Assembly: GCF_009914755.1 (NCBI RefSeq)
Contig: NC_060937.1
Length of the DNA stretch: 64,000 nt
Origin: the human T2T-CHM13v2.0 reference genome, Homo sapiens
Direction: 5' to 3' (one strand)
Shown here: positions 43,131 to 59,995 of the stretch, in pieces
How the letters are laid out: every line of letters begins with the position of its first letter
Numbering within the stretch: the first letter of the stretch is position 1
Notes under the pieces: generated by a model
What the model saw: only the letters and a program-made list of their open reading frames with translations
Database searches by the model: none
Told to the model about the DNA's origin: nothing
Program-made: the position numbers and the translations under genes

Positions 43131-43484
43131 GCATCACGTAGGGTGACTTCTGATCCCAAGAAACCTCCCCAGACCTTTCCCACCATGGGAGAAGTCTGGC
43201 TCAGAGTCACCTGTTACAGAGGAAAACTCTGGGGGGCCTCTAAATTCAAACTAGCACAAAGTCAGACACCAGGAAAATTAAATTTATGTTTTTAAGAGGG
43301 AGAAAGAAGATGTGCCTGTCTATCGGTGGACAAGGACAGGGGCAAGGGGCAGAAGACTACTTTATAGTTACATTTTTGGCATAAATTCTAGTTGGTTTTG
43401 GTCATAAACATGCTTTGATGGTGAAATTATAGGAACTCTTTACCTTCTACTGGCTGATACATTTTATCATTAAAAAAAAAATCT

Positions 43485-43781
<297 letters not shown>

Positions 43782-44472
43782 ACTTACAACAAAATAAAAC
43801 CATCCAATATTTATCACAATTTTTTTCTCTCCTTGGTAACATATTTTTGTCTGCATGCTCAGTGAGCGTGTTCTGGGATGAAGCTGGCCTGTTTTATTAC
43901 AAACTCCAACACTAGAATGAGTGGCCCGGGGACAGGAGTGTGGGTGAGTGGTGATTTGAGTACCCAACACCCGATGGCTGCCTATTTGAGCCAGAGCCAT
44001 TGTCTGGGAATGAATGTTTATATAAATGTATAATGAAAGCACATTTAATTTGGCAACAAAGAGGGTCCAGAAAGTTCTACAAAGTCTCAAGACAGATAAT
44101 AATCTCCTTCTCTTTTTTTCTTTTTTGGATGATGAAATCTGAGGACTTGTGTGAACTCTGCTTATCTGTTTAATGAGATTGTACTGCACGTGCTAACTGT
44201 GATTAGAATCTGTTTGTAAAGAATATTGAATCATTTCAAGCTAGGAAACAAAAGGATAGAGGAGTAATGAAAAGCAAATTGAAGCTGTAAAATGTCTTTT
44301 AAAAAAATAGGAAGGAAAAAAAAGCCCATCTGGAACCCTGCCAGAGGGCACAACCGGGGCTGGCCCCCATTATGGCGGCCATCCTGTAGCAGGGCCTGAT
44401 GTAAACATTCCTCTGCTACTGTGGGTGTCGTGTCAAAACATTAGCGATTGTGTGTCTGAGCCATCAGATTAA

Positions 44473-44986
<514 letters not shown>

Positions 44987-44996
44987 CCTCACGTTC

Positions 44997-45126
44997 TTTT
45001 TTTTTTTTTTTTTTTTTTTTGAGACGGAGTCTCTCTCTGTCGCCCAGGCTGGAGTGCAGTGGCGCGATCTCGGCTCACTGCAACCTCTGCCTCCCAGGAT
45101 TACAGGCCAGAGCCACCACGGCCGGC
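44997..45126 (-). mobile_element. Internally deleted Alu
   Basis: Right-arm 3' part joined directly to the left-arm 5' end (gcctccca|ggattacagg); TSD cacgttct. Confidence 0.85.
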
Positions 45127-47064
45127 CACGTTCTCTTAAAACAGATGAAACAATATAGGAGAGTGGATGCTGGCAGAAAAAGGCGTAGCGTTGGAAGGAG
45201 TGTTTAGACAGAATGGTTCCTGCTCCTCTTGCTCCAGGAAAAGGGCCTGGGCCTTCAGGGTGGTCACAGGGTCAGGCTGAGGAGATCCTGGAGGAGTGAC
45301 TTTCTTGTGCAGTGAGAGACCTTGTGACGCCTTGGAGCTCATACTGAAAATTACTTCTTGCCTCAATGGAGAAGGGGGAGTGGAGAAGAGTTTCGGGGGT
45401 TGTGGGCTTTGGGTCGGCTCCCTGGACAATGGTGGAGGGGATCCAGCGTCCTGGGCCACCTCTGTTTAGATAAGAGCTTTTCCGTGAGCGTCTTGGCTCA
45501 TGCTGCTTCCTGCTCTCGAGGGCCCTGTGGTCCATTCACACTCAGAACATGGCCCTTCTTCCCAGCCTCTGCTTTTCCTTCCTCCTGGCTCCTTCTGCTG
45601 GCTTCTAGAGTGAGTGCCAGCAATCTCCCCGCCCTCCACCCCCCAAGCCAGACACTCTCTCCCTCCCAGCTCCCCACTCTCCTTCACACAGTCTTTTCCA
45701 GGGCCAGGGGATCCTCGTGGCCCCGCACTGGGGTAACTGAAAGGCTAAAAGAGTGGGTGTTTACTTGGCTACACCCAGATAGGAGCCTCACAGGATACCT
45801 ATTTTGTTCATTCACTTTTCTTCTTAGTGAAGGACTAGTTGGTGAGGAAGGGTGATTTGAGAAATAAGAAATCTTTAAAAAAATATTAGGAGTGCCTACA
45901 AAAAATATCCTTTAACACATTCAAGAAGGAGGCTTAAAATAGTAGCTGCATTCACTCAGTGGAGAATATTTTAAGCTATCATTATATTTTGTTCTCACAA
46001 AAAGGAAGAGAACAGCTTACTTCTTATTTAGTGGTCAATACTGAAACATCCAGAAAGCTTTTGGGAGTGGAGGTAGGGAATCACAGGTTAGCATAAGAAA
46101 CATAGATGTTAGAGCTAGTCAGACCTGAGGTGAAATCATGGTTTTATAACATCCTAGTTATGTAACTGTGGATGTCAAAAACCTGACTTTGAGAATCGTA
46201 GTCACAGAAGATTGCTCAGAGGGCTTACCAGTCTTGTTGATTTCTTGTATCATTCTAAAATTTTGTCCTTAGATCACACCAGCCCACAAAATCACTTTTA
46301 ATAAATTCTGCTTTGGTGCTATGTCATTGGCCAACATTGAGGGATGTTAGTTACCAGAGCTGACACTCACTGTGGAAGAAGTGTGGTCAGGGAGTTTGCC
46401 TACTATTAGTGTCCCGCAGCGTATGAGAGAAGAAATCATTTCTCTTGGATCTCAGTTCTCTGAAAGGTATCTTATGAGCCCCTTAATTTTGCAAATGTTT
46501 GTTTCACTTCTTCTCGCTCTTGACAACTGGAAAGTAAAGCCTGTGGGCCGTAACTCCATACTAGTCTTACACATTTTTTGACTTCACCAAGGCTGCTTAG
46601 TTATGTATTGTCCTTTTTGTGAACTACCTCAAATTCTTTGGGAATGGATGTGTACTTAGCATAGCCAACTCAAAAAAGCAACCCCATGCTACCATGTCTT
46701 ACTAGTTTTATTACAGGCACTAAAAATGCACACATAAGGGAAATAATTTAAATAAAGAATTGAAAGAAGATTGGTTTGACATCAGCAAATATTAGGGTGA
46801 TACTTAATGTGTAACACACTTAGCACAGTGCCTGGCACACAGGAAACAAATCATTAATGTTAGTTGTCAGTTTATTATCTGATTTCATCGAGAGCTACTT
46901 ACGTACGGACAGGGACTATATTTTGTTCATCATTATAGCTTTGGTGCCTGGCCCAATCACTTGGGAAACAGTGGGTGAGCAACACTTGTCTTTTGCTCAG
47001 TTAACTCCCTGATGAAAGAGTGGATCCTGCCAAAGAATGGCCAGATGAGATGTGGACCCAATCA

Positions 47065-47107
47065 CACATCAGATGTCAACCCTACCTCACATCAGATGTC
47101 AACCCTG
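47065..47107 (+). repeat. 23-bp tandem duplication
   Basis: cacatcagatgtcaaccct at 47065 and 47088. Confidence 0.9.
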
Positions 47108-47328
47108 CCATCTACACTTCAATCAAGTGTGCTGAAAAAGGGGCTCTAGTGACTGTCAAATGACCTCACATACACCCCTGACCTAAGCACTATGTCACCA
47201 CCATCAGCACCTCTCCATTTGCAATGATGAATATTAATGGATACATGGGATCTGCCAGGGCCCTGGCTAACCTCAGCACAGCAGTGTCAGCACCTGACAA
47301 ACCCATAGTCATGGACAGTTTCAACTCA

Positions 47329-47785
<457 letters not shown>

Positions 47786-48309
47786 CTAAAACAGAGTTTG
47801 CTCACTCCTATCTCATGTAAGATGTAAAATCACACCCCTTGCAAGAATTAGATGATTTAATTCCTTCTGTTATTTAGAAACATATATGTTTATTGAAGAG
47901 ACAAGTCAAATTCATGGAAACATATCAGAATACAATTGAGCACAGGCAAGTAAAATGACAAAAGCCCATATACTACTATAGGCTGAACAAGACTTGGGTG
48001 ATTGACCATTTGAATAGCTGAGGTAGAATTCACCAATGAGAGTAGATCCTTGGATACTGTAACTCCTTTGATTTCCTAAATAATCTGAAACAGCCACCAT
48101 TTCTGGTCCCATTCTGATTTCTTTGGAATAAACAGTCAGAGGACCTGTCCCAAGATGCAAATATATTTCCTGGGAGAACATTAACCTAATAGCATGGATC
48201 ATCTTGTCAGGACATTAGTGTGTATATGATGCCACTTCAGAGGGAAGTGGCTTTGCAGTGGGCAGCCCCAGAGCTGCCTAAAAGTACTAGAAGTACCAGG
48301 TACCTTTCA

Positions 48310-48550
48310 GCAAACAAACTTAGCACTCGCAATGTACCAGCCACTGTGCTGAGTACTTCACACCTATTATGACATTTAACTTCCTCAAACAACCTTATGA
48401 TGTCAGTGCTGTTAACTCCATTTGTAGATGAGGAAACCCAGACTCAGAGAGGTGGTTTATTTTGCCCAGAATCATACAGCCAATGGATGCCAGTAGGTGG
48501 CAGAGCCAGGACTCAGGCAACAGAGCCCACGTCCTTAAACTCTAAACTAT
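48310..48550 (-). mobile_element. MIR
   Basis: ccatttgtagatgaggaaacccagactcagagaggt...ttgcccagaatcatacagc...gtggcagagccaggactc. Confidence 0.75.
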
Positions 48551-48560
48551 GTTGCACCTC

Positions 48561-48637
48561 TTGATGTCACCACACTGGTTTTCAGGATTGTGAGCTTTTG
48601 ATGTCACCCTACTGGTTTTCAGGATCGTGAGCTTTTG
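48561..48637 (+). repeat. 37-bp tandem duplication
   Basis: ttgatgtcacc..actggttttcaggat.gtgagcttt, two copies. Confidence 0.9.
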
Positions 48638-49937
48638 ACTAAAAATGACTCATTTTAATGTCTAAGTAGTTGTGACACAACCAATCCTGGTAGTGACAAA
48701 TGATATGCTTTCAATTGCCTGGTTGATGTTGTGCTGGAAAGCTGCTCACTTTCAGGCTCTTTGACATGTTAACCAGGACTAGTGTCCTAATAAGATACTC
48801 AAACTCTCTACCTGATCTGGAAAATGGTAATAATTCTAGCATTTCTCTTAGAGAAGTTCTGTGATAATTAAATGAGATGATGCATATAAAGCACATATCC
48901 AGCACTTAACACCACATAGGTAAATGCTTAATAACTTAGCTATAAAGAAAATAAAAATAGGAACCCCAGGCTATACAGCCTCTATCAGCCACCATCTTCT
49001 ATTATATTTGGCTCTAGATGGTCTTTAAGTACCAATTTTTGTTTTCCTCATCCTACGTGTTCAAGTACTTTTTTCATACTCACAAGGGCTGATTTGTCAA
49101 TAAGGTAGCAATCAGTGATCATCTTATGTAATTTTCAATGATGATGACAAGGCAAATGGAACATTAAAGACCTAAGAAATTGGAATAACATGCACCCATG
49201 TAATGTTTTTTAAAAGGGTGAGTGAAAACCCAAGACTTTGATTTTCAGGCATGGAGGGTAGAGTTTCTGAGATACAGTGCGCATACTGCAGGCTGAAGGA
49301 GTGCCACAGGTAGAAGACCACCAATAATAAGTCTGTGAAAGTCCATCAGCCTGGAAGGAGGGACAAAGTGGGCTTCTGGCCAATAGATAGCAGAACATCC
49401 AGGCACTAGCCAGGTAGTGACTGCCTGCCTCAACCATTCAGCCTCTACTGAAAAAATTTCACATCAGGTCCAAAATTACCTTTCCAATTTTGGTTTTTAT
49501 TTTTTCTCAACCAAATCTGATGAACCAACCACATTCATCTCTGGCAAGTTCTTTTCAACTTTCCAACCCGTTTGTATGCCTGTGTCACTGCATCACATCT
49601 TTGTCCCTCTCCCCTTCCATTTAACTTTCCAAGATCTACCCATCCTCTTCAGGGCCCGGATCCCACCTCCTCCTTGGTGCGGCCTCTAAACTGCAACATT
49701 CACCATCTACCACCCATGGTCGGCTCGTTTGGCCAGATTATAAGCACCTCCCATGGAGACTCAATACAGTGTTATGGTGGAAATAATAGTAAACAGGAAA
49801 TCAGAGACATGCATCTAGTCCCGAGCTTGCCATTAAGTAGCTGTGAGATGAGATAACTATTTATCTTTGAGCCACAATTTCTCACCTATAAAACAATCTC
49901 TTTTTAAAAATTAAACCTTTAACATTCCTTAATTCCG

Positions 49938-50043
49938 TTTTTTTTTTTTGAGATGGGGGTCTTGCTATGTTGCCCAGGGCTCCTGGGTTCAAACAATCCT
50001 CCCACATAGCTAGGATTACAAGAGCACGCCACTGTGCCTGGCT
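49938..50043 (-). mobile_element. Alu monomer fragment (FLAM-like)
   Basis: gagatgggggtcttgctatgttgcccagg...ccactgtgcctggc. Confidence 0.8.
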
Positions 50044-50837
50044 CAACATTCTTCAATGCTGAGTGAATTAATCGTTTGAAGTGACTAGGTCAAGGCATGC
50101 CGAGGCTGAAATTAGCAGCCTCTATGTCCCCATTTCATTCCCTCATCAACTACAAACCCTCATGTTTCCTCCTTCATTTTCTTTTGACCCCTCCTTTTCA
50201 TCTCCTTTAATTGCTCTCCTGACTAAATAGCCATGAGTTTTGTGAGGCCCACTGAGGGCTGAGTGCTTGCTGAATCCTAATCCAGGACATTAATTCTGAA
50301 CAATAAATGAGAGAATGGGGCTTCCCTGCCCTGCAAGAGATCAAATACCCCTGGATGGTGGGAAAGTCACAGAAAAGGACAATACGAATAGGGGAAAGTG
50401 CCACAATAAGCAGGCCCATTAACTGTTAGTTAGACTTGCCACCCTCCTGAGGCTGGTCTTATTTAGACCTGCTCATCCCACTGGAGTTTATACTCCAGTT
50501 TCTACTCCCAACTGCAGATCTGGGGCCCAAGACAGCTGTAGGTCATCACTGGTTCTCAAAGATATCATGAAATTTGAGCCCAATTCACCTATTTGCTGCT
50601 CGTCTTTTTCTCCTTTCCTCTCCCATCCTCTGCTCAACTCTAACTCAACAGATGGGTCAGCTCTAACTCACGACAGACAAGAGCAAACCTACCAGGTTAG
50701 GCAGGCGCCCTCCCAAACCTATTCCCTGCAGACTTCAGCTCTTTCCTCTGGGAATCCACAGGGATGTCCTCTGAGGAGTCCTATGGGACACCAGGGAAAA
50801 ATAACCTTCTGGAAGACCAATCTATCTAGCCCCTTGT

Positions 50838-51137
50838 ATTTTATTTATTTATTTATTTGAGACAGGGTCTCACTCTGTCTCCCAGGCTGGAGTTCAGTGA
50901 CGACTGCAGCCTCAACCTCCCGGGCTCAAGCCTTCCTCCCGTCTCAGCCTCCTGAGTAGCTGGAACCATAGGCGCATGTCACCATGCCCAGCTAATTTTT
51001 TTTATTTTTATCTTTTTGTAGAGATGGGGCCTCTCTATGTTGCCCAGACCGGTCTCTGCAACTCCTGGGCTCAACTGATCCTCTCACCTCAGCCTCCCAA
51101 GTGCTGGGATTATAGTCATGAGCCACTGTACCCAGCC
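50838..51137 (-). mobile_element. Alu (AluJ-like)
   Basis: Reverse-complement dimer. Confidence 0.9.
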
Positions 51138-51862
51138 CTCCCCCTTTATACCATAATCTGAAAACACCTGAGAAATAACTCCCTGAGCTTCAGTTTTACT
51201 TATGGGAAAATAGGGCAAGTAATCACCATTCCGTAAAACTGTTGTTCAGATTAGAGATAATGTGTGTAAAGGGATGAACATGGCTTTTGGCACCAAAAAT
51301 GACTTATTGATTAAGTCTATCACAGCTATTATAATGAAGTAGACCATTGCATTCAAGGTGGCAAAACGTCCTAGGAGGCTTCTAGAGAAAGTATGAAGAA
51401 ACAAGGGCTAGTGATTAGAAGCTCATTAAAAGGCACTGTCAGGGCCAGAGTCTAAATCCATCATGCCCTTTCCATCTTATCAATCCAACAGGTTCTGCTT
51501 TGTCACCTAAAAGGGCACTGATTTTACATTAAAGTCACATAGATACCATATTTTAAGAAACAATCTACCAAGTCAGTGAAGATATACTAAAATGTAGATC
51601 CCCAGGCAGAAGTGCATGTTTTATAAGTGATTTGTTCTACTTATCTATCACCTAAAGATCTTGTGTCAGGACATTAGTTTCTAGATTCAATAATAAAAAT
51701 GCTCATTCAATTTTTAAAAATCTGTAAATTTGGCCAAAGACAATCTGAGAGGTTCTGCCAATCTTCTTAAGGAATCTTCACAAATTTTGTGTCACTATCT
51801 TCTGGTAACCTGAGAAGCTACACTGAATCTTGCTGAAAAGATCACTATAAAAACCATCCAGC

Positions 51863-52193
<331 letters not shown>

Positions 52194-55100
52194 TTAGTTT
52201 AATTTAAAACACATAATGAAATGTTTGATAGCAATTACAGGAGACAGTTAACTCATTAGAAACAATTATTCATCATATTCACTGTATTACTAAGAAGAGT
52301 GGGAAAAGGAGGAAAATCTCACAAAGCAGAGAAAAGTGGCAAAGGGGCCTTTGGCAAAAGAACTCATGCTCTGTTCTCAGGACTTTGTATGAAATATTAA
52401 TAAGGGCTGTTGTCCGAACAGTCACATTAAGCAGCATGCACTTCCTCGTCCAGTAATTATATAACAGAATGCAAGAAGTTTCTCATTAGTAAGTGAACAT
52501 TCACTTTTGGCTTGTGATGAAAGCCTCCTGTATAAGATGGCCAGTTTTATTTGGCTGTTTGTTCAAGCTCAAAGTCCTGCTAAAGTGGTCTTTGGTCAAG
52601 TGGTCTTCTTTAAAGTCCTCATTTTGATTCAAGGTTTTGTTTGTGGTAAATTAAAATTCTCTGTAGCATGGCTGAATTGAGGCTGCATACCCAGACACAC
52701 ACTGCATAGAATATATGTTGAGACACATGGATGGATACAAATTGTATGTGTACTTAGGAAGAATGTGATCAATATTAAAACACGAGGTATGTGACCGTAT
52801 TTCCAAAAGAAGAGGTCTTAAATTATAGCTTCCCTCAGACATCTGACCTACATTTTGCCCCCAGGAAATGTTGACTTTTTCAATTTTTATAGTGTTAAAA
52901 CTTTCATTGTGTAGGTGGAAAATAAAATATGGGACATAAAACTGTTACAGCATAAAAATAATAGACATTCATGTTGGCAGTCAATTAAATTTGGGTCTTT
53001 GAGTACATTTCTAATTAACTACCATTAACAATTGTCTTGTTTCTGTCCTGTTAATTTTACATACCCCACTGATGCGCCAAACTATGTTTCCCCCAAATGA
53101 TCTATCCCTAACACATCCCTAATGACTCAGGCCCTCCTTTCTTTGCCAATTTGCTGACGTAAACAATAGAGAAATGCAATTAGGCAAGCCCCTCTCGGAA
53201 GCCCTTCTCAGAGTTCCTAGATGCCTCTGCTTTTCTGTGATATTGTAGGCCACCCCACCCCCCATCCCCGGATGGAAGGCAGTAAACCACCCTTACTCTT
53301 AGAGTGGTCAGCTTTCTCTTGACACCATCCACCCCAGCCCCCCATAGTACTCTACTGCTGGTGCACACGAAGAGTGTTTCAGACATGAGATGTCACATTG
53401 TCATTGAGAATGGCGGGAAACATTATTTTCTAGTTAACTTCTAAAGCATGTAACTATTTTAGACTCCAGTCCTGACCTACTTTTAGAGTTTTGCAAGCGG
53501 TTCCTTGAGAGTCCATGTATGTCTACTAGATTTTTCTTAGAAAACCCCCCATTTTATCTAAGAAAGCCAAAAGAATAATGTTCTCCCTCAACCTTCCATG
53601 AGTTGAGAACCCAACATTTTTCACACCCTGAAGGGACTCATCTGCAGAAGAGCAAATAAAGCAGGCAAAGCTTTAGAGCTAACTGGGCAGAGAATGAGCA
53701 TGCCTTCATTTGTTTGGGCTGGATCGAGGCTGGCAAGGTGGTCCAGGTTGGCACTGCAGAAAATACGGCTTGGCCCCAATGGTGGAGGAGCTGCTGCACT
53801 TTTTTTTTCCTTACTGGGCCCTTATTAACATTATAGTCACAGAGTCAGTACCTCCATTTAAGACTTTTCTGACAGCCATTCTACTTTCATAAGTTGAAAT
53901 TTTCTGTTAATTTGTTACCGATCCTCAGAGTTAATGGTCAAATTGCCTTACAGTTTACAAGAAACAGAAGGGAAACATCAGTGTGCAAACACTGGGAAAT
54001 ACTTTCAAGCCCTTTTGAAGGAAGAAAATATAATTTACAGTGATTTTTTAAGTTAACTCATTCATAGCTGTGTATGATAGGAAAGGGGAAGCACGACCAT
54101 TGCCATTTACAGAAGGGGAAATAGAAACACAGATTAAAGAACTGGCCAAGGTCACACAGAAGTCAGGGACGGTGCCAAGAATAGAACTTGCTTCCTTGAT
54201 TCCCAATTCTCTATCCTTGGGAGGATGTAGTAGATATTTTACAGATACATATATAGATCCAATAAGTAATCACCAAATATGTTTAATCTTGTATAATGCA
54301 AACATAAATGCTAAAGACAAGTGGTATTACCTTTATGTTTTACACGTGGTTGGTGCCTAATAAATATTTGTGTGATGAGCAGATGGTTGACAGTATATTT
54401 AGATTGAATATCAGTGACGTGCCAAGTTGCTTTGTAAGATGTCAGCAATATTAATGCAATGTAGACAGAAATGTTTCTCTACATATTTTGACTAGTTATC
54501 ACAGATAGCTTATAAAGAAAACGAGATTTTTCACAAAGAACCCGATGTTACCTAAGTTTTTTTCCATGAGAGGGGAATAACTTAGTACGTGGTACAACTC
54601 TGTCTATTATAATCAATCAGTGTTACTTCTTCCTTTGAAACTATGATTTGTGATAATTATATAGGGAGAGAGAACTAAACTGGACTGTGATCTAAAGAAT
54701 GTGTGCTCTCCAAACAAAACTGCAGTAATCAAAGGCTGCAGGCATTGAACCTCCCTAGAATAAAGACCCAAACACATTCAACATTTTAGAAACAGATCTT
54801 TGTTTTAGAAAGAAGAAAAGACAATCCAGAAACAACCAGGTGGACTCTAGACACCCATGGAGGAGGTGATCAGAGCTCATGAGAGTACCAGGAAGGAGAT
54901 CAGCAGAAGCCCCCCACCATCCCGTTTGTGGGGAACAGATGAGCGCAAAGACCCATTCAGGCCACACAATTGTCCAGTCAGCTACCCGAGGGTCTCCTTG
55001 GTATTCAAGCACACGTAAAGAAAAGTAGACTTTCAACATCTTAGATTCTTCCTGAGAAAACAGTGACCTGCAGCACAAACTGATTATGCCAAGACTGTCC

Positions 55101-56182
55101 TTGCCCTATCCTCTCCTGGGTTCCTGAAATCCACCCTTTCCATTCCACAGAGAAGGTCTCCTTCCCTCCAGTCCTGTATTATTATTGTTCCTTTAGAAAC
55201 CAACCAACCTCCTTGCCATGGACAATCTTATCTAAATAGTATCTCCTGTGAGGCTGCATCAGTACTCTGGCAGAGTTCATGGAGGACTGTAAGATCAAGC
55301 GGAGCTCAGTCCTTGGGGGGTTTACTCGTACTACTTAGTTGTTCAAAATGCAGGCGGAACGTGAAGTTCTAGAAATTGAAAGTGGACTGGCTGAGCAGGC
55401 ATCAGCTCCCCCACATGCCCAGTCAGCCCACCCCAGCCTCAGCCAACCCACAGGGCAGAACCACTTCCTCTCATGACAGGAAACCAATGAATGGGGCAGG
55501 CCACACAAACTGGGAGAATTACTTCATTCCCTCATGACACCCTTCCATTTACTCTTCCTTTTACTTTTGTCTAACTCTTCTGTAGTTCCTTAATTTTTCT
55601 TCTTCTGAAAAGTCATATTTTCCTGAATTCCACAGCCACCCTCCACCCCAGACCTACTAAATTACTATTTTTAAAGCACAACAAAACTGCATTTTACATT
55701 CCATAATTTGCATTCATTTCTTAGAAATGTTTGGCAAAACTGCTCCACTGTTGTCAAACTAGCTCTATAGTAGGCAGAAATATCCTTTAAGTTCATTAAA
55801 GGTTCTCAGGTCTTATTTAAAGAAATGTACCCCAATGCTAGCAATGATTACAACCTTGCAAATCTGTGGTGCTCTGTAACTTTCTAAATACATTACCTCA
55901 TTCGATCCTCATAGTCTCTCTATGAAGTGTATATCATTATCTTTACTTTATATGAGCAGAGGCTGCAAGCTATAGACATGTGGAAGGCACTATATGCTTA
56001 ACATCCTTATGATGCTCTCTGGCTTTTTGCTCAGACTCATGGGAGCAGGTTTAGGAATATCTATTTAGAAGTCTACCTGTTGGCTGAGGATGAGAAAAAT
56101 AAAATATTCCACCTTATTCAGTGTTGATAACTTATTTTGGTGTTATTAATATTCAAAAGAGATATCACAGTTTTATTATCAC

Positions 56183-56502
<320 letters not shown>

Positions 56503-58649
56503 TAAAAAAAAAACTAAAAAGGGAAAGATTCTGCTTTATTTCTTCTTGGTTCATTACCTGTATGAGTTTAAAAGTAATCATCCTTTCCCTCCTCTCTTTT
56601 ATTCCTAATGTTTTATAAGAACAAATTCTAGGCAAAACGAAAGCCACAATATTACTCAGTCAAAACTTAGCTCGCCTTCATAGCATATTTTACTACTTTT
56701 TTTTTAAAGGGTGACATTTTCAGTTGAACTATCGGTAGTTATAATAACTTAACATATTTACATATTTATTAGACTCTAAGACACTAAATAATTTGAGTTA
56801 GGTCTGAACCTCTTTCTATAGTAGATACATTAACTGTCTGGCCATATTAAACCAATTAATAGTTTTGAGCTCCTTAAACAAGTACATTCTGTCCTCAAAC
56901 TAAGCGGATGCTTTGGCCGTGGATATACATAGATACGCCCTTTCACTAGAGCCTAAAATTTAAATGCCAGGAATTATTCTACGTATTTGAGAGTAATGTG
57001 CATATATTAGTCACCCAATCTCTTTTGATGATCATGTATAGACACCAGTATGCAAATATGTTACCATATAACTCAAAATAAGTGCAATGGAGCATTTCTT
57101 ACTCATGTGTTACTAAAATTCCTGTCTACAACTGAATCTAAGTTAGTCTAAGTGTATATAAATATGTTTATATAAAGACATATTTGAGAACTTTTGGTAA
57201 TTAAAGAGGGTTTCATTTATCTATAAATTTTAGCTTCATCTCTCTGAGAGGGTGAAAGAGTGGTTCTGTTTATTTTCTGGTGTACAAAGTTTCTACATAT
57301 ATTTCTGAAACACCTCTAAGTTAACTGTACTGATTTAACCACCAAGCACCAAATCTGGGCCTCACACAGGTAGGCTACTCAATTAGTACCTGCTGACTAA
57401 TGTACATCGAGCTGTCATTCTTGTACATCAAAGATGTGTACGTTTTTGGCAGATAATTTCAAGCAGCAACGTATTAAAGAAATAAAGCATATGCAACCTT
57501 AAACTTCCATTTGTGATCAGTCTTGTAAGTAGTGAAAAAAAATGCCTTGAACAGAGAATAATTCAAATGGCCAACAAACATTTAAGGTAATGCTCTGAGT
57601 CTTGAGACCATTCTGAAAGGAATAAGACATGTTTTCAGGCCTTGGCGAACTTATTCCATCACACAGAAGAGAGATCCCTTACACCACAAAGAAATTGGAA
57701 AGAAAGCTAATGTTTACAAAGTTCCATTCGAGGTGGCCTCATTCCCCAAACCATATTTTATTAGCATCACTTAAACCCAAATTTATAATATTATGTTCTA
57801 TCACCATAATTGTTATTTTCTAACATAGTTACTAGTTCTAATCCTAGATAGAATAGAAATTTTAGATTTAATATTGCCAAAACAAAATTTAAATATATTT
57901 AGAAAAGGCTCTGTTATTCCAGAAAAATTCAACTCTACACTTTTATCCGAATCTAATAGCTTCAATTATTTAGTTTTTTTTTTATTTATTTGCATGTTAG
58001 GTTGGCACATATGTCAAGACCCTAAACGGATGGGTCGATAAATATTGATGCATACCCCAAATTTGCAAAATAGTATAGAATTTCAGTAGATCTCACTGTC
58101 TTATGTGTTAAACATTCACAGTGGTAAAGAAGATATTTAAGATTTGTAAGTCTTCTCTATTTCTATTCTTAGAAAATGACAGTCAAATGAGAAATCAGAT
58201 GTGTGGAAAACAGCTACTTCCCAGGAATTCCATAGCTCACCAGTAACTTTCCACTCTGAGAGTAATACACCCTAAGCAAAACGAGTTGGAATTGTGGGAA
58301 GAATCTAGAAAATCAAATAGCCACTTCTATCTGTTTATGTTAGGATTATGCTTTGTTTACTTTTCCTATCAATCTTTTTTTTTTTTTTTTTTTGAATAAC
58401 AATCCTCCTGAACACTCTGCAAGTGGAGTTAAAAGTAATAAGGAAAATAGTTTGGCATAATGATAATCCTTGGGCAGTTTCAATAATATCTTATTGTTGC
58501 ACCTATCAAGTCTATTCCTGTTCTTCAAATTAGCTCCCATAAACTATCCTTAGTATCATCCCTCTAGACTAAACAAAAAGAGGAAAAAGCAAACAAGGCT
58601 CAGTCATCAACAGGATGCAAGGAAATGCTGCACAATTAGCAGAGGGTAG

Positions 58650-59050
58650 GGATGTATTCATTTAGCAAATATACACTAAGTATCTACTGTGTGCCAGCCT
58701 TGGCCCAGCCTAAAGACACAAGGGTGCTCTCAATCAGCTCTTAGCTTAGAGAGAGACAAACCTTTGCGCATCGAGTGATGTAACAAGGGCGTGAACAAAG
58801 TGCTGTTCATACTGAGGGGGAAGAAGTGATTCTGAATGAGGCAGTGAGGAGAGTTCACAGAGAAGGTGACGTAAGAGCTGAGCCATGGGGTTTGATAAAT
58901 AAAGCCCTCTTAGGAGGCAGGCAATGGGTGGAGGTGCATTTCAGACAGATGGAAGAGCAAAGCCCAAAAGTAGGAAACATAGTGATCACTGGTGTTGGGA
59001 AGAACTTGGATCATAACCAAAGAATACAAAATGAAAAATGGGAATGCTAA
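58650..59050 (-). mobile_element. L2 fragment
   Basis: attcatttagcaaatatacactaagtatctactgtgtgccag...agagttcacagagaaggtgacgtaagagctgagcc. Confidence 0.65.
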
Positions 59051-59402
59051 TGCAACTGACATAGTGGTATTGCCAAAGTCTAGGGATCTTCAGTTGAGAA
59101 ACAGGAGACCAGAGTTCCAACCTGAGCTCATGTCACAGCTCATGGGAGGACCTTAGTTTTGTGCTTGTGCTTCTAAAACTGTAAACTAGAGAGAAAAATT
59201 ATGAAATTGTTAGCCAGTGATAGGGTATATTCAGTAAGAAAGAAGAGTAGCTGTTGCCCACCTTTTTCCAAGGCAGGGAGAGCCTTTGCCTCAAATATAC
59301 AGTACATCCCACATGCAGATTCCCATCTGCGTCCATTAAAAAATCTTAATTCCAGGTGTCAAAAAGTATTTGAAAGTTAGTAAAAAAACTGACTGTCCCT
59401 AC

Positions 59403-59562
59403 CTTGCTTCGGAATGATTATGGTTACAGGGGTGCCAGAACCACTTGATTGTAGGTTGAGGGATACCATATGCGGTACAAGTCAGGATTTGTCTGCTGCC
59501 CAGTGGGTAGAGAGCCGGGTCTGGAAACGATGACACGGCCTTTTCGTAAATCTGGGGTTTCA
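59403..59562 (-). CDS. FLT1: FLT1 exon 10 (160 nt)
   Basis: CCAG|TG AAA CCC; VKPQIYEKAVSSFPDPALYPLGSRQILTCTAYGIPQPTIKWFWHPCNHNHSEAR; donor AG|GTAGGG. Confidence 0.98.
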
Positions 59563-59995
59563 CTGGAAAGGAGATGAAGAACGGGACAGAAGTCAAGAGC
59601 AGTTCTAATGACTTTCTCCTGGGCCACACATGAAGGACCACATTCTCACTGGCTTTGATGTCAGGGAAACAAACAAGAAACAAAAAAACAAATAAACCCT
59701 CCTATTTGTCAAGAAAATGCAGATTTTTAAAAGTAGTAGCAGGGTTTTGAGATTATTAATAATTTGATTCCATGGTATGTACATTGTGATTACAGTGATA
59801 AAAGATCATGCCGCCTATGGAATACAACAAACAAACACGAGATTGTTAAGATGGGAACTTAACGTTAAGTGTTTTTTCAAATGATTATTTGAAATTTTGC
59901 TATCTTTGATGTTGTTACGCTGATTTTTGAATTCATAAATGTTCACTAATTTGTTGCCTACCAGAACCAGAAGAAAGTATGAACAGCAAACTTAC

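Noticed and set aside
45136-45855. Several 70-165-aa ORFs in a GC-richer segment of intron 10
   Set aside because: Low-complexity Pro/Ser/Gly-rich translations on both strands, no recognisable family, not a CpG island.
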